Shown here in pieces: positions 1 to 14,752 of a DNA stretch of 64,000 nt; the first letter of the stretch is position 1; every line of letters starts with the position of its first letter. The stretch lies in the NCBI RefSeq assembly GCF_009914755.1, contig NC_060938.1, one strand, 5' to 3'. The DNA comes from the human T2T-CHM13v2.0 reference genome, Homo sapiens. The position numbers and the translations under genes are program-made. The notes below the pieces were generated by a model. It was not told where the DNA came from. It saw only the letters and a list, made by a program, of their open reading frames with translations, and made no database searches.

Positions 1-467
1 CACTGAGTAAGAGACACACAGAAAACAATTCCTCTTATTTGGTCCTGGGAGACTGGGCATATGCCTCAGTGTAAAGGTGGGAGGCTTGTGAGTGCTTATT
101 TCCTGGAAGTTGAGAAGCGTCTTTAGTCTACTGTGTTGACAGCAAAGCCAGGATCAACAGATTGTTTTATTAATTTGTTGTAGGTTGAGTTGCTTTTGCC
201 TCTGGGCATTCCTGTGTTCAACTGGGGCTTTTGCCAAAAAAGCCAGAACGCCCTTAATCTCCTCTTTCCTCATGAAACTCACAGCTTTGGTTCGTCACAG
301 ATCTTGCAGATCTTGGCGGTGCTCTCCTACTCCCCAGTTTTGTCTCAGCACCATATGGCTTTTGACAAAGTCAGGCCACAGCTTCAACCTAAACAGCTTA
401 ACATTATCGAAAGCCCAGCCCACTGAGGAAATAACAGTTCTCGTTTATTTCTGTAAGTCATCTGGCT

Positions 468-488
468 GGGAGTGGGAAGAGGGTAGGG
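468..488 (+). other. Canonical G-quadruplex motif
   Basis: GGG-AGT-GGG-AAGA-GGG-TA-GGG; more G-runs follow at ~503-563. Confidence 0.6.
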
Positions 489-1894
489 AAGTCAGTGTGG
501 TGAGGGATGGGGAACATGTGAAAGATGCAAAGAAAATAGGTGGATGTGGGAGTGGGGAGGGGGCAGTTCTAACAGATAAGATGTAGTGGATTCTGAGCAA
601 TATTTTCCAAGTCCAAGAAAAATACATTGCTCATATTCATTTTTTCCCCCTAAGGATAATGAACTTTCACCTGGATTTAAAAAGGAGGAGCCAAAGTCTG
701 GTTTCAATTAACATGTTTTACAATATACGGGGGTGTTTTCCATATTGCTTCCGTAGCTTGCAATGGATGCTTAGGACATAACGATGTCTTACATACTCGG
801 CTGTGGGAATGTGATGTCAGAATCCTCAGGGCTGGGGTGTGGGTGGTGTTGTTTGCCTACACTGAGGTTCTGTGTTCCAGACCTCACCCAACTGCATGCT
901 ATTTTTGGCTTGCAACCTCCTACCAGGCAAGCCTGATGAATGTCTAACTTCAAGGGAAAAAGAGAAGAGCAAAATGTAAGGAGCTGAATATTTCCCCCCG
1001 CCCACATCAAATTTCACTCCACCCTGTAAGACCTGGAGAACCAGAAGCAAGTTTCAAACCTTTCCACTAAGATCCACAGCAAACTGTGACTCCTGAATGA
1101 AGATGATTCTAATGGTGGCAAGAAACCAAGAAGGCCAGATGCTTCATTTTCTGGTCTTCTAAGAAAAGACAAATGATGTATCCATCCAGTGTATAATTTC
1201 ATGAACTAGCAGAACACTTGGCCTTGTGTAAACACTCGGTTCCAAAACCCAGAAGCAAAGAAACCCAGTAGAGAAAACCAGCTTTATTTTTTAAATCCTC
1301 TGATGAATTTGAGGTTGGGAAAGGAAAACACACCATAAGAATGACTACTATTGTTCTGGATCATGATTTATCTTCAGTCAGCTTGTGAAAATTAACTAGG
1401 CTACTTTCCTGAAGAGCTGAGGAGTGGATCTGAGTTATATAAGCTGCTCATCTAACAGCATAGAAACTGATACACAAAGGAGTTAGCTTTCTTGAGTTCA
1501 CCTTTAAAAGCTCAGACCTCAAGAAATCTGCACGTCATTCAGCTCAGGCCATGCCTTCTCCCTGCTGGGAAACCTGCTGTGGTTCACTTCCCTCTTGGAC
1601 TTGGTTGGCCAGACGGTATCTAGCCCTAACCCAGTTTTCTAATCGTACTTCCCACTTTTAACTTTTTCTTTGCTCTCCAAGTTCTTTATATCTAGGCCCC
1701 ATTGGTTTACTTGCTCTTCTCCCAAGATACCAGGGATTCTTTGGATGCTGAATATTGCTCATATTTTCCTTCTGGAGTTGGAATGTCCTACCCGCCTATC
1801 TCAAATATGTGGACACTGACCTTCCCTTTAGGAACCAGATCAAATGTCATGATATCCACAGAGCTTACTCTAGTTAGCCTATTTAGTCTAATGT

Positions 1895-2032
1895 ATAGCA
1901 CAATGGGTAAGGGAACAGCCTTGGGTTAGCTAGGCCCAGGTTAAGGTTGTTTTTCCTTTCCTGATTATATGACCCTGGCAAGGTACTTGAGCTCTGAGTT
2001 TTTCAGCCCCTCCTCTGTAAAAAGAATGATGA
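1895..2032 (+). mobile_element. MIR SINE, degenerate
   Basis: gaccctggcaaggtacttgagctctgag...cctctgtaaaa resembles the MIR core. Confidence 0.5.
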
Positions 2033-2371
2033 ATGTAGAACCAATAAATAGGATTAATAAAATTGGGATCAACTCAACAAATATTATTTCATGAATTTAA
2101 ATTTCAGGGATAAAAAGAAATTTCAAATCATCAAAGAAGATATTTATACATCTATATCTATTAATATCTATCTAAGTATATATTTTGGCCTATTCCAGAG
2201 AAAAAATGCTAGACCCAGTAAAATAGTTTGTATCAAGTTCATTCTTCCATTTGTTTGTATATTGATTTAACAACCATTTGTTGGATAGCAAATGTATGCC
2301 ACGTATATGTTAACATGTATAGTTTATTCTTTCTTAAGGTTTAGTTTGGCAAAGAGTGCCAAATTATGAAA

Positions 2372-2663
2372 GACCTGGGCCCATGGCTCACATCTGTAAT
2401 CTCAGCACTTTGAGAGTCTGAGGTGGGATAATTGCTTGAGGCCAGGAGTTCGAGATCAGCCTGGTCAACATAGCTAGACTCCTGTCTCTACAAAAAATAA
2501 AATTAGCTGAGTGCAGTGGCATGAGCCTGTAGTCCCAGTTATTCAGGAGGTTAAGGCACAAGGATAACTTAGGTCCAGGAGTTTGAGGTTGCAGTGAGCT
2601 GTGATTGTACCATGCACCCCACAGCCTGGGAAACAAGAGTAAAGCCCTGTCTCAAAAGAAAAA
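2372..2663 (+). mobile_element. Alu (AluJ-like), full length
   Basis: Two Alu arms, J-type gcttgaggccaggagttcgaga; short A tail; possible TSD aaattatg(a/t)aag. Confidence 0.92.
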
Positions 2664-2778
2664 ATTATGTAAGAGAAGTGTAGGATGTTTAGGAATAACA
2701 AAAGGGTGAGCTGAACTATCTTGGGTTCAGGTTTTGGAATTAGCCTCCCCTTGGGCCTTTCTGCTTCTGGTTTTATCC

Positions 2779-3119
2779 CTTTTATTTATTTATTAATAAT
2801 AATAATAATAATTATTATTATTATTATTATTATTTTGAGACAGGGTCTCACTCTGTCAACCAGGATGGAGTGCAGTGGTGCGACCATGGCTCACTGCAGC
2901 TTTGACTTCCCAGGCTCAAGCAATCCTCTCATCTCAGCCTCCTGAGTAGCTGGGACTACAGGTATGCCTCACCATGCCTGGCTAATTCTTTTAGTTTGTT
3001 GTAAAGATGGGGTCTCGCCGTGTTGACCAGGCTAATCTCAAACTCCTGGGCTCAAGTGTTCCTTTCACCTTGACCTCCCAAAGTGCTGGGATTACAGGCG
3101 TGAGCCATCACACCCGAAC
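2779..3119 (-). mobile_element. Alu (AluJ-like) with (AAT)n/(ATT)n tail
   Basis: Reverse Alu, gagacagggtctcactctgtc...gtgagccatcacacccg; J-type ctcctgggctcaag. Confidence 0.93.
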
Positions 3120-3426
3120 ATCTCTTTTATTATTATTATTATTTTAGAATTGCATCAAAACCAGAGTGATTATTCTCAATCTACTTATGACAGTTCTCTC
3201 CTTCAAATTCTTCCATGATTCCCTGATACTTGTGCAAAGCTGTCTTTGAATGAGACATGACACAGATGTCTCTTCTGGTCTTCTCAGTCAAGTCATCTTT
3301 TCTGTTTTTCTCCTCTGGCAAACCCCTCTGGAGAGAATAAATGTCTGCTCTTGGGGGTCTGGAGGTGTAGCTCTAAGCATACCACTGTAAGTTCTAGATT
3401 TCATTGAAATCCCTTACAAAGTTATC

Positions 3427-3507
3427 CAAATGTTGCAACCGTGCCACAATATCTGAGTTTATTATACAAACGTTGCAATCCACACCACAGTATCTGAGTT
3501 TATTTTA
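3427..3507. repeat. Diverged ~40-bp tandem duplication
   Basis: caaatgttgcaaccgtgccacaatatctgagtttatt versus caaacgttgcaatccacaccacagtatctgagtttatt. Confidence 0.85.
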
Positions 3508-4199
3508 ATAGAAAAATAAGAGTGTATATTGTCATGCCTGTTGTTAAGTAAACTGTGCTTCTAAGGCTGGAAGAACCTTTTGACATATTTTCTTCCAAGG
3601 CTCCAGGTTGAGAGAAGGGAAGGCTTTACAGGATAAAGTTTAAACTCATAAGCATGAGATATGAAAGGTTTCATGCCTTGATCTCTGCTGATACTTCCCA
3701 GCATCTTCTGTCTCTTCTTCCCTTCCTCTCATTACCAACCTAAGTACAGCCTGCCTGACTTAGTTGTATGCTGCCCTGCCTTGCTCCTCTTCAAGGTTTC
3801 TCGTTGATTATTATGCTGCCTTGAATGTCCTTCGTCTCCTTGACAAATTCCAACTAACCCTACAAGACTCAGACTCCCAGAGGAGAGACTATTTTAGCTT
3901 TGCCCAGCATCCTTGGGTAGAGTTAAAAACTTCCTTCTTCATGATCCTATTGCTCACTGCTTTATGTCTATGGTATCACACTTTTATCTTTGATGTAGCC
4001 ACCTTCTCTATTGAATAGGAAGCCTTTGGAAGCCAGGGACTCTTCATGTCCCGAGTTTCTAGTCTGTGACTGAATACAAAGGAGTAATTCTAACAGCTGG
4101 CATTTTGAGCCCTTAGGTTCCAGACACTGTTTTATGTAAGTTATTAGTAAGTAAATTAAATAAATATATCGTCTAATTGTCACAGAAATCTTCTAATAT

Positions 4200-4345
4200 A
4201 TTATGCCCATTTTATACATGAGAAAACTGAGGCACAGAGAGGTTAAGTAACTTGTGTAAGGTCACATAATAAGAGCTGAAGCCAGGATTTGAACCCATGA
4301 AATCTGACTCCAGCGACCATCCCCTTAAAAATATACTCTACTGTA
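4200..4345 (-). mobile_element. MIR SINE
   Basis: cccattttatacatgagaaaactgaggcacagagaggttaagtaacttg...aaggtcaca is the reverse MIR core. Confidence 0.9.
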
Positions 4346-5213
4346 TGCAATAATTATTTGATGAATGAATGAGAACAAGTTATACAACTTGTGATTCACT
4401 CTAGAAATATCAAGTGGACTATTTTCACCCAGAAATAGAGTCTGAAATTGAATTATGAAGGAAGGTATATTCACATGTGGCCACTTCTCATCTGTTATCT
4501 CTATACATGACCCAGAAAATCAGCTCCATCCAATGGTAAGCCAGTGATGACTGCTGACAAGGAAAGGCCTTGGCAGGAAAATGGGGGTGAGCTGCTCTGG
4601 CCCTGCAGGGCTCCAGGGACAGCAGCCTGAGCTAATTTACACGGGCTTGGAGGACCTCTGAGATGCTGAGGAAGGTACTTTCTCCCAAGAGCCTGAAGTA
4701 GCCTCTAAAGAGATCAGCTAAACTCTGTGGTTCTCCCATGAACCTGGGCTGGCCTTAGCTCATAGGACTTCTGAAGACACACCTGTACTTTTGGTTCTAA
4801 TTCACCTTGACCCACGTAAGCCCACTGTCATGAGATGAATGATCAGAGACTGGCTGGCCCTGCCTGGGGTCCTCTTCCTTGACTCCTAGGACTGGGCAGC
4901 CCCTGGGGGAGAGTGTGACAGGGTGGTGTCTACCCGGTCCCACATCCACACCCTTTGAAAAATGGTGGAACATTTCATTAGTAATCACAAGGGCTCATTT
5001 TGGCTGAGTAGGGTAATTGTGGTTACTGATGTTAACAGAGCAAAGCAATGATGCAGACTACCAAGGGGTATTTATAGTGGACTCTGGAACATATAAGATT
5101 TTTATTTAAAAAAAGATACCCTGGATCACTGTCTATGAGAGGGTAAATTGATTTAAATTTTCCGGAAAACATTTTGATTATATGTATCAAATACCTTAAA
5201 AACTTTGATACCC

Positions 5214-5841
<628 letters not shown>

Positions 5842-6989
5842 TTATATAAATAACAAGCATGTGAAGATTTATATTCAGTGATGGCCTCCAAAGTGTTATT
5901 TATAAGAGCAACTAAAGATTTAACAACGGAGAATTTGGTTAAAGAAATTATGGTTTAATCTTACATGATAGACCATACCATTACTAAAACAATACCAAAG
6001 TTGAATATTATTGACTTGAAAAAGTGTTTATAATATATTAGATTTATAAAAACAGTAGATGTATATAATGCATTTTTCTTAAAAATTCTGGAAGGATGGG
6101 GTGGGATTATAAGTGATTTAAATCTTTTTTTAGTTTATCTGTATTTTCCAATTTCCTAACATAGCCAGTTATCATTTTTTGTTATAATATTTTAAATTTC
6201 AAAGCTAAAAAGATATAATATGGACATTAATAGGCTCTGTTCTGTGTACTCGGTGATCAGCCACCCTGGCACAGCTCACTCTGGCTGTTGCTTGGGCACA
6301 TTAAGGTGTCTGTCATTAGCAGGGAGATGAATGTGGCAGCCCTGGGCTGGAAACTCTTCATGGGATCATGAACAGCCACTTGTTTTGCTCTCTAGAGTAT
6401 GAAATGAGGCATCGGAAGCCCATAGAAATTACTCAAAGCTTGGCTTGCAAAGCGTTGCAACCGTGCTGCATACATTTGTATCAAGCAGTTTTCTTTTTTG
6501 AATATTAATTTTATTTCATCTTGAAATAAAACTATTCTTCTAAAACTGTCCAGGGCTGGTCTGTATCAGTTTAAAGAGTTGAACAACGTGCATTTCGATT
6601 CTTCGGTGTCATCAGTTACAAAAGCAATTCTAAAATCTGCATTGTGAAGCCAGTAGAGGAAAGCAAGCACCAGCATGTGGCAAGTCAGGAAAAGAGGCAA
6701 GAGCTCAGGAACTCAGGCAAGATGAGTAGGATGGTAGCATCCAGAGACTCCTCAAACTGCCAAAGGCCAACAGTGCAACGTCTTTATAAAGCAAAACTTT
6801 CCCAGTCTGGAATAAAAGGTGTTTTTTTTTTTGCCAATCAGCAAAGATTTCCCAAGCACCCATCATGTGCCAAAGACTGCACTGGATCTTACAAAGTAAT
6901 GAGATTATGATTGTGACCTCACTCGGGGAGGTTGGGGGAGGGTTACTACTGTGCTTCAGGGCTTCTGAAAATTGGGATTGCATAAAGGT

Positions 6990-7210
6990 GGCATTAGGCT
7001 TTGGCCTTAGTAAAGGCGGGGTTTTTCTGCCTTTGTGTCATATGATTTTGGAAAAGTTACTGAACCTCTCTAAACCTCAGAATGAAGACAGTAGCAACAT
7101 TTACTTAACCTGTGGTGTATCTAGGGGGAACGAATGAGACACCATGCAAATTGTATTTTAAATGGCGTTTAGTATGTGCTAAAAGTATGGGCTATAATTA
7201 TAATTATTTT
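6990..7210 (+). mobile_element. MIR SINE
   Basis: atgattttggaaaagttactgaacctctctaaacctcag plus a MIR-like 3' end. Confidence 0.6.
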
Positions 7211-8531
7211 GTTATAAATTTTCATTGTGTGAGCCATGATTTGTCTGATGAGAGCTCTGTATCAACAACACAGCGAGTCACATGTAAGAGGCTCCCTAGC
7301 TGATGGCTATTAGCCAAAGGCACCAGTTTCTACTGTGGTGTGCTCCGTCTTCTGCCCACCAAGTTTCCGAATTAGCCAATAAGTGCTTACCTCATGAAGC
7401 GCAAATACAAGATCATATTTTCATTTTGGATACAGAACTGAGAAGGATCTTGGTTGTGAAATACCAGAAATGTTATTTTGATTTATCATGTAATGTTTGA
7501 ACAGGGAGGAAATGGGCACAACCCCTGGGAATGGGAGACAAAGTGCTATCCGTGGCATCTGAGGACCGTATAATTTTGAAAATATACTTCCTTTTTATTA
7601 TTCTTTGTAAGTCTACCACAGCATGAGGCATGCAAGCAATTTGCTTGCTGGTGAATTAGAATGTTCCCTGAGGAACATTTGGATTCCAGCTCATATAAAA
7701 CTTTTAAAAGATATGCATTCATTATTTAAACAGGATGGTAAACGTAGGTGCTCTGTTTTTGCAACAGGTGTAATGTAGGACATCATGACATTGAGTGCCT
7801 CCAAAATCAGGCATGAGATGGATACCTAACCTGAGCCAGGTCCTTTGGGTTTCCTTCAGGAAACAGGATTAAATGATTTTGGCTGCATTACTTTGTTTCC
7901 ACCTGAGAAGCATTTTTGAATTCAGACAAATAGAAAAGTAGTCCTTTAGCAAGCTGGCCACAGGTGCAAAGTTACTCTCATCTGTAATTTAAACAGGAAT
8001 CCAGGGCTTGGTGAGAGTCCAGGTGGCCTGCTGGCAGAGGGGTAAGATGGAAAAAAATACCCACACAGTCGGTATTTCAGCCTCAGACCGAAGACTGACT
8101 GCCAAATGTGAGAAGACAACTGAGGTCCTACTCCCCTCCTAATCCCAGCTGGAAAATATCTCTGCCCTGAGCCCTTCTGTACCCCATAGGAACATATCAT
8201 GCCTCACACATATACTTTACATAGCAATGTCCAGAAAAAAGAACATTTAAAATATTGTCCCCAAGACATGCTGTAATTCTTGAAGTTAAATGTTAAGTGG
8301 TGCAATTAAGTTAAAGAACTCAAGTTTCTGTCGAAGAACCGAGTTAGGGAAGCTTGGTTGAAAGTATCTTACCACCATTAAAAGTGCTAGGTTTGTATGA
8401 GCATTTTTGTAGAATTTCCTGTACAAACCTTATTGGCTGTCACTTAAAAGAGATAGTGTGAATGATCCTTTCTGAGCCTGACCAGCTTCCTTGTCATTTA
8501 AGCATTGGCTATGGGATGAATGCAGGGGCCG

Positions 8532-8545
8532 GTTGCCACAGCAAC
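8532..8545. promoter_or_regulatory. RFX X-box motif
   Basis: GTTGCCACAGCAAC fits GTNRCC-N2-RGYAAC in unique sequence; motif match only. Confidence 0.5.
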
Positions 8546-9279
8546 GACATCTTCAGTCAAGGTGATGAGAGAAATCATTTCTCTCTGAATGCTAATAGGT
8601 TGTCACTTTAGTCTTAAACTGGCTGTTTCCCACTGTTTTCCTGATTGCCATGAAGCCAGAGAGATTATTTACAGATTAAGGGCTGCTATTTGATCTGATC
8701 ATCTCTGTCCTAATTTATGCTGGATCTTTCAGGAGAAAGAAAAAAAGATTTGAAGCAAAATGTTAAGGATTATGTTTTCAGAAATTTGAGGCTTGTGACT
8801 TTTTCTCCAGAGAAGTAAGACTTTTCCGTAGTACTGAGAAGGTCATTTTTCAAGCAGAGACCATCCAGTGTTGAAAGTAGTCCAGCCACTGCCTGTAAAT
8901 TACCTGCCCTGTAAAGGCTGGCCCTTTGCCAGTGCTGAGCTTGGGGCTAGATGTAAGGGTGGTTCTCTCACTAAAAGGCAGTGTGAGTTTGTGAAGATGA
9001 TCATCCGAAGAGGAAATCTGCACATGAGACTTTTTAAATCCTGGAAGTTACTTGAAACAAAGGATTTTAGTTTTTCTCATCCTTTACTCCAAAACACAAG
9101 ATTCAAGACCTTATTCACTCACGGAAGTAAAGGATTGTTGAGTAAATTATGCTTGTGTGATAGGATAAGGAGATAATTGCTGTGTGGGCCGTCACCCTTT
9201 CATTCCTGAAGAGAGTAGAAATTATTATTGGGAAGGCATGGGACAAATTATACACAATGTCCAATTCTCTGGATTAATT

Positions 9280-9665
<386 letters not shown>

Positions 9666-9889
9666 TCTTGACATGAAAAAATCCTGATGGCCTGAAGCCT
9701 TGGATAAAAGTACTGTCTAAGGTACAGAATTATAAAAGGGGTTTGTTTACAGTCTCTATTCCAAATACCAGGGTCCATCAGAATAAACCAGGGCATTATG
9801 AGCCTGTTTGTTCTGACCTGTGAGTGGCTTAAAAAGTATGATCTAGATGATGCAAATATATTTTTAAAGGAAAAATTTATCTTTGAATA

Positions 9890-10847
<958 letters not shown>

Positions 10848-12199
10848 GTCACCTTAAAAACAAAATTGCAATTGACCCTGAAATGTGAATTATCTGGTAG
10901 CTTCTTGTCTTTCTTATTATTAAATCATGCCTGTGGCTGGAGAAAAGAAACAGAAACCTCTGTGGGGCTTGTGCACTAGTCTGATGCCTCATTAGAATAA
11001 CCTCTTGTTTTATGAGAACACTGGAATCAGCTTCTGCACTTGGGCTTAAGGGGTAGGAAGACTGAGTCACAGATGTGACCTTGTCATCCTGAGGTCCCTC
11101 TCAAACGTGTCCCTTTTGGGACAGGGCCCCTGATGAGCCCATGTGTGCTGCTGTCCAGTCATGGCTCCTACTGACTCTCATCACGGCTCTGAGTGACCAG
11201 TTCTGAGCCCAGAAAACTCTCTCTCCTTGGATCTGAAGCCAGTAAGAATAGAGCTGCTAAGGCATCTGGAAAGGGGTATCTTTTCCTCCCATCCTTAGGG
11301 CATAGGCGATTTTCAGTAGAGACCAGATGAGCTCCTTTAAGGGGAAGTTATGCCATTAGATTCAGAGGCACACTTGGATATAACTAGAGGTTACCTTTCC
11401 AAAGTGGCACTTTGGGCTTCCTGTGCTGAAATCCAATTACTATTTTCTATGGTCACCTATATCTCTTCACCATGGAGTGCTGTGAAACTGCAGCCTGGGA
11501 CTTGGAGGAAAAGTCTGTGTTGCCTTTGTGAAGGTGAGCAACCTGGAGTTAAGAACTCAGAAGTCTGCCAGTGACACTGAGCTATTGTTATCATGTTAGA
11601 GAAAATAACCTGAGTTACTGCCCCTAGCTTACAAATGTTTTCCCGTGATTATCAATTACTATAGTTTTTTATAATTTATCATATTGAGAAAACACAACCT
11701 CAGAAATAAAATTTAATGAGTAGACCCAGTGAAATATTGCTGTTGAACCATTTTAAAATTTAAGAAAAAAAATCCATTCAAGTAGCAAATTTTGTTGCAG
11801 TAGTAGACATTTCACAGGACCATGCAAGAAGCAGTTTATTCTCTAAGATCAGAAAATGCATTATCCTATAATCTTTGGCATATCTCATGTGTTATATGCA
11901 GTAACAAATTAAGTGAAAAGTAGCTCTTGCCCAAGAGAGCTGCAACTGATGCTTTGGTGAACTGCCAGTTTCTTGCAGCTATGGGAGGACCTTAAGATGA
12001 TGAAATGTGTATTGTCTATTACTGGGTTGGGAACATTGTCAGGATCCTACTGGAAACCCATATACTGGGAAGTGGAAGAGTGAAAACTGTGCTTTAAGAA
12101 ATTACTTGAGTAAGTGTATGTTCCTGGGAATCTTGGAGGCAAGATGACATCAGGGACTCAGTAAAGAATTGCTGGTGGGATGGACAGAGGGATGGAGTG

Positions 12200-12610
12200 A
12201 GAGGGGGCAGGAGAGTTAATGGGTTGTGCTCAACATGCTCTTACAGAAAATTGACCATGGAGGTGGATCATTGAGAAGTTTATGATTGGGTGACACATAT
12301 TCATCACAAAAAAGAAGACTGGAGGAAGAGCTGGTCTGGTTGGAAAGTAAGGAGAGGACAGTTTTGCATTAGGTTGCTAATTTGTGATCACAGTGAGACA
12401 ACCAGCCAAAGATCTCTAGCAGGCAAATTTAAAAGATAGGGCTAGAACCATCAGAGATACTGGCTGCAGAGAAAGAACTAGGCATCATCCACATAGAAAA
12501 GTTCAACAATGGACAGATTTGAAAATATTATGCAAAAGAGTTTAAAAAATCAAGAGAAGAGCACTGAAGGAAAAACTTTTGGAGCAAGAGGGAGAAGGAG
12601 AGCTGGCAAA
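12200..12610 (-). mobile_element. L2 fragment
   Basis: Purine-rich reverse L2-like sequence (gatctctagcaggcaa...ggcatcatccacatag). Confidence 0.5.
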
Positions 12611-12689
12611 ACACGTCTAACTTTTGCTACTGACATGATTCTTCCAATAGTTTCATGGGTTTAAAATCTTAAGACAGTTTTTACTCTTT

Positions 12690-13480
12690 ATTCTTCTTAG
12701 ATTTCCATATTTAATTGATCAAGTCCCATTGATTATATCTCTAGGTGACCCTTATATTAATCTTTCGTTTCCATTAACAGGACAACTACCCCAGTTCTCA
12801 CTTATGAAGAAAATTAAACTGAAACATAGGCCTAGAGTTTATGTGTTCTTGAACATTGCACCAGGTGGGATGTATTTCTGTGTTTTTTGGTTTATTCATC
12901 TTCAACACCATCTCTAGAATTGACTTCTAAAATAGCTTTTATGGTGTCGCTGTCTCAACATCTTTCAGTAATTATTCTTCACCTACAAGGTAAAATCCAA
13001 GGTATTGGCATCTCCTTTAAGGCCATTCCCTACACAATTTGATCGTGGTTTACCTTTCAATGGTATTCTTTACCATTCTCCCACTAGAATATGACAACTA
13101 CACCACACTACTTACCAAATATACTATGCTTTTGTGCCTTTGCTTGTGCTGCGCTGTCTGCCTGCAATGCCATCTCCCTAATCATTTGCTACATCTGACA
13201 TGCTCTTCACTCTTCAAGACTCAGGGCAGTGTCACTTCCTTTAGGCAGCTTTTCTTGATCTCCATTCCTGTCCTTTGATGGAGATAATTTCCCCCTTTTC
13301 TATGTTCTCATTTCATTCATTCTACTGGGTATAATTAATTAAATATATAATAGTCTTCTTTCCAAGACTGAAAAACTTGAGGGAAAGAACCATGTTTTTG
13401 ATGTCCTCGTTGCCTGGCAAACTGCCTGATTCATAATTGGAGTTCAGGAAATGTTTTGTATATTAAAAGAAAGCAAAGAA
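12690..13480 (+). mobile_element. L2 3' end
   Basis: gcctttgcttgtgctg...ttcaagactcagggcagtgtcacttcct...tgagggaaagaaccatgt...tcaggaaatgttt. Confidence 0.7.
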
Positions 13481-14567
13481 TGAACTGTTAGAAATATAGG
13501 AGGAAAAAACCAGGTTAGTGTCAGTGCAGATAAGAGAATAAAGTTTTATGAAGTGGAGGTGAGCTACAGGATCAAGTGAATTCCAAGGAGGGAAGTTTCT
13601 TGAGTGATGATAGTCTCCACTTTCTTGCCACCCACTCACCTCTTAACCTCCTGTAGCCTGATTGTGTTTTTATATGTTAACTATAACTGGAAGGTCACCA
13701 TTGATGTCCTAACCATAAAATCCAACGATTCTTCTTCCTCTTTATGCTGTCCTGGCATGCTCCATGCTGGCCTTAGACATGCAGCCATGGCTAAGGTTGA
13801 GCAAAAGTGCAGTGGTCATAAATGTCCCTGGAACTGAGGAAGTTGAGTAGGTTGGTCAGTATGTTATAAAGGTCATTTTCCTGGATACTGATGATGGTAG
13901 CAGAAGTTTGAGTTGGGGAGATACATTACTACCAGTGGTAACGTCATAGAGGAAGGTAAGAATAGAGCATTGGAAGTAAGCATGTGGGAGCAATGAGAAT
14001 TGATGACCAGTGGTGGTAACGGTGAGAAGGGGAGGCTGTCCAATGGTGGGAGAAGCACAGTCATTGGAGAAGGAGCTGTGGGAAGCATGATGTGCTCACC
14101 CAAGGAAGTGGTTTGACTGAAGGGGGTCAGGTTTCAGTCATGGGGAGGAGCAAAGGGAAACATGGAATGAGATCAATATAGGAATTTCACAGGGTAACAT
14201 GAAAGGGCTAGTGGAGGAAAGGGGCAGGGAGGAAATGGAGTTGGAGTAGAGCCTGGATGGGGACAAGGTTGTGGGGCAACAAATCTAGGGGCAGGGTTTT
14301 CTCCTAAAGTGGGAGGGAGAGTTCAGTGGTCCCTGGAGGCAGATTTTTATGGGCCTGTTTTTTAAAAATGGTGATTGTTTAACTTCCTTTGACTATCATT
14401 TCATAAAAGCTTAGACATTTGAGCATAATCTCAGAATACAGAACAGTTCTTTGAATTGTATATACTTATTATACAATTATATATTTTAAATTATGTATAG
14501 TTATCAGAAAGTAACTATATTGTTCTTATTATTTTCAGTTTGCTATATAATACTGAAATGTTTGTCT

Positions 14568-14752
14568 ATTTACTACCATTTACCAGCAGTGTGACCTTGG
14601 ATAATTATGTAACCATTCTGTGACTTGGTTTCCTCTTCTATAAAATGGGCATAATAATAGTATCGATAACACAAGGTTGTTGTGAGGACTAAGTGAATTA
14701 ATATTATGAAGAATACTTAGACAGTGCTTGGCACATAGTAAACTATTATTCA
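14568..14752 (+). mobile_element. MIR SINE
   Basis: gtgtgaccttggataa...tataaaatgggcataataatag...acagtgcttggcacatagtaa. Confidence 0.9.

Noticed and set aside
185-586. 133-aa ORF as a CDS
   Set aside because: Non-ATG start, no recognisable domain, and it runs through a G-rich low-complexity tract.
3427-3507. CRISPR-like repeat
   Set aside because: Only two diverged adjacent units, no spacers, and a eukaryotic context.
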